A DNA stretch of 64,000 nucleotides, from positions 32,001 through 96,000 of the forward strand of contig JANRJK010000053.1 in assembly GCA_033764015.1 (NCBI GenBank), given 5' to 3'. Below are positions 62,332-64,000 of the stretch, in pieces. Below the pieces are notes generated by a model. It did not search any database. It was not told the DNA's origin and saw only the letters and a list, made by a program, of their open reading frames with translations. Source of the DNA: Candidatus Sumerlaeia bacterium (GTDB lineage Bacteria > Sumerlaeota > Sumerlaeia > SLMS01 > JANRJK01). Position 1 is the stretch's first letter, and the number at the start of each line of letters is the position of its first letter. The translations under genes were made by a program, and so were the position numbers.

Positions 62332-63450
62332 CTATTGGGCGAGCACTTCCTCGACGGCGTGGAGCGGGAGGGCGAAGTCCTCCGCGACGGCGGGATAGAC
62401 GACCTTGCCGAAGGCCATGTTGAGGCCGTTGCGCAGGTGCAGGTCGTTCCTGCAGCAGCCGGGGAATCCGGAGCCGACGATCTTGAGCAGGTAGGGGAGC
62501 GTCGCGTTGGTGAGCGCGAAGGTGGAGCTGCGGGCTACCGCGCCGGGCATGTTGGTGACGCAGTAGTGGATGATGCCCTCCTCCTCGTAGATCGGGTGGC
62601 TGTGGGTGGTGGGGCGCGAGGTTTCGAAGCAGCCGCCCTGGTCGATGGCGACGTCGACGAGGACGGCGCCGCGGGGGAGGAGGCGGAGGTAGTCGCGCTT
62701 CATGAGGCGCGGGGCGCGGGCGCCGGTGCGGAGGACCGCGCCGATCACCACGTCGACCATGGGGAGCTGGTCCTGGATGTTGAACTCGTTCGAGTAGAGC
62801 GTCATGCAGTTGGCCGGCATGATGTCGTCGAGGTAGCGGAGCCGGTCGAGGTTGACGTCGAGGATGGTGACCTGGGCGCCCATGCCGGCGGCGATCTTGG
62901 CGGCGTTGGTGCCGACGATGCCTCCGCCGAGGATCATGACGCGGGCGGGCTTCACGCCGGGGACGCCGCCGAGGAGGGTGCCGCGTCCGCCGTTGATCTT
63001 CTCGAGGTACTTGGCGCCCTGCTGGACGGAGAGGCGTCCGGCGATTTCGCTCATGGGCGTGAGGAGCGGCAGCGTGCCGTGGACGTCGGTGACGGTCTCG
63101 TAGGCGATGCAGACGGCGCCGGTGGAGAGCATGGCCTCGGTGAGTTCGCGGCTCGATGCGAAGTGGAAGTAGGTGAAGAGGACCTGGCCGCGGCGGATCA
63201 TGGGCCATTCGCTTTCGAGCGGCTCCTTGACCTTCACGATGAGGTCGGCGCGCTCCCAGACTTCGCGGGCGCGGGGGGCGATGGCGGCGCCGACGCGCTC
63301 GTAGGCGCTGTCGTCGATGCCGATGCCGTCGCCGGCGCCGCTCTGGACGAGGACCTTGTGCCCGCGGGCGACGAGTTCCTGGACGCCGGCGGGGACCACG
63401 GCGACGCGGAACTCCTGGTCTTTGATTTCCTTGGGGACGCCGATGAGCAT
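62332..63450 (-). CDS. ald: Alanine dehydrogenase
   Basis: IGVPKEIK, VKVKEP, MSEIAGRL, DVAIDQGGC. Confidence 0.97.
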   Translation of the reverse strand: MLIGVPKEIKDQEFRVAVVPAGVQELVARGHKVLVQSGAGDGIGIDDSAYERVGAAIAPRAREVWERADLIVKVKEPLESEWPMIRRGQVLFTYFHFASSRELTEAMLSTGAVCIAYETVTDVHGTLPLLTPMSEIAGRLSVQQGAKYLEKINGGRGTLLGGVPGVKPARVMILGGGIVGTNAAKIAAGMGAQVTILDVNLDRLRYLDDIMPANCMTLYSNEFNIQDQLPMVDVVIGAVLRTGARAPRLMKRDYLRLLPRGAVLVDVAIDQGGCFETSRPTTHSHPIYEEEGIIHYCVTNMPGAVARSSTFALTNATLPYLLKIVGSGFPGCCRNDLHLRNGLNMAFGKVVYPAVAEDFALPLHAVEEVLAQ

Positions 63451-63547
63451 GGTGGCCGGTGGACCTTTGGGCGGAAGTTGGTCAAACGCTTCAGCATCGG
63501 GTTCTCGCGCTGTGGGTCGGGGCGGGTCAAGGGGCCGCGGGGCGGCG

Positions 63548-64000
63548 TCACTCCTTGGGGGGCTGGTCCGGGGGAACGACGCCGCCCCTTGGCCAGTTGC
63601 GGCGGCGCTCCTTGGGGGAGCGGCGCTCCTTGCCGAAGCGGCGGTTCTTGTAGATCAGCTCGACGCTGCTGCGGCGGTCGGGCTGTTGGCGGCGCTCCTT
63701 TCCGGAGCGGCGCTCGACCGCGGGCCACTCGCCGTTCGGGTCGCGGGGCTTGGAGGGGTCGAAGGCGGGTGTGCGCTCGTCGAAGGTGCCGGGCTTGGGG
63801 GGGATGCCCGGCTTGAGCGGGATGTTGACGCGGCCCGCCGGCGTGGCGGGGGCCAACTCGGCGCGGGTGGCGCTGGGGGGCGCTTCCGCGGGGGCGGCGG
63901 CGGGCGCGGGGGCGGGCTTCGCGGCGGCGGCGCGGGGGACCGGGGGCGGCGTGCCGGGGTCCGCGGCGGGGGCGCGGGTGGAGGCGCCGAGGAGCGCCAT
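63548..64000 (-). CDS. Hypothetical protein, probably 5'-partial, with Pro/Ala linker and ERR repeats
   Basis: ORF reaches the window edge; ERRSGKERR, DRRS, ERRSPKERR. Confidence 0.6.
   Translation of the reverse strand: MALLGASTRAPAADPGTPPPVPRAAAAKPAPAPAAAPAEAPPSATRAELAPATPAGRVNIPLKPGIPPKPGTFDERTPAFDPSKPRDPNGEWPAVERRSGKERRQQPDRRSSVELIYKNRRFGKERRSPKERRRNWPRGGVVPPDQPPKE

Overview
This is GC-rich bacterial chromosomal DNA, mostly housekeeping and signalling genes. Housekeeping: pcrA/uvrD, ispF, exbB/exbD/tonB-like trio, parAB with a perfect parS, tRNA-Gln-glmU-prs-rplY, nadE, fmt, rsgA, ald. Signalling: three Hanks-type kinases and an FHA-histidine kinase/NarL pair. The gene style and the C-terminal tails of secreted proteins remind me of Ca. 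Sumerlaeota (BRC1); this is an unverified inference. Most notable observations: (1) a low-GC island at the left edge with a coupled Trypco1-like gene, a trypsin-like protease and an orphan gene (candidate conflict/defence system) that truncates an antitoxin gene; (2) hppA sits between two copies of the 3' end of a SIMPL gene (75/76 bp identical core), suggesting integration; (3) three unrelated secreted proteins share a short [D/G]-[W/F]-x-[L/V]-[Y/M] C-terminal tail, a candidate sorting signal; (4) a family-4 uracil-DNA glycosylase is frameshifted in a C9 tract; (5) a FecR-GspG-like fusion; (6) a G-U-rich rod-like candidate RNA; (7) a Type IIG/IIL restriction-modification gene with a low-GC specificity region. 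No CRISPR array, rRNA, integrase or transposase was recognised. All family calls are by eye from motifs, and GC values are hand estimates.
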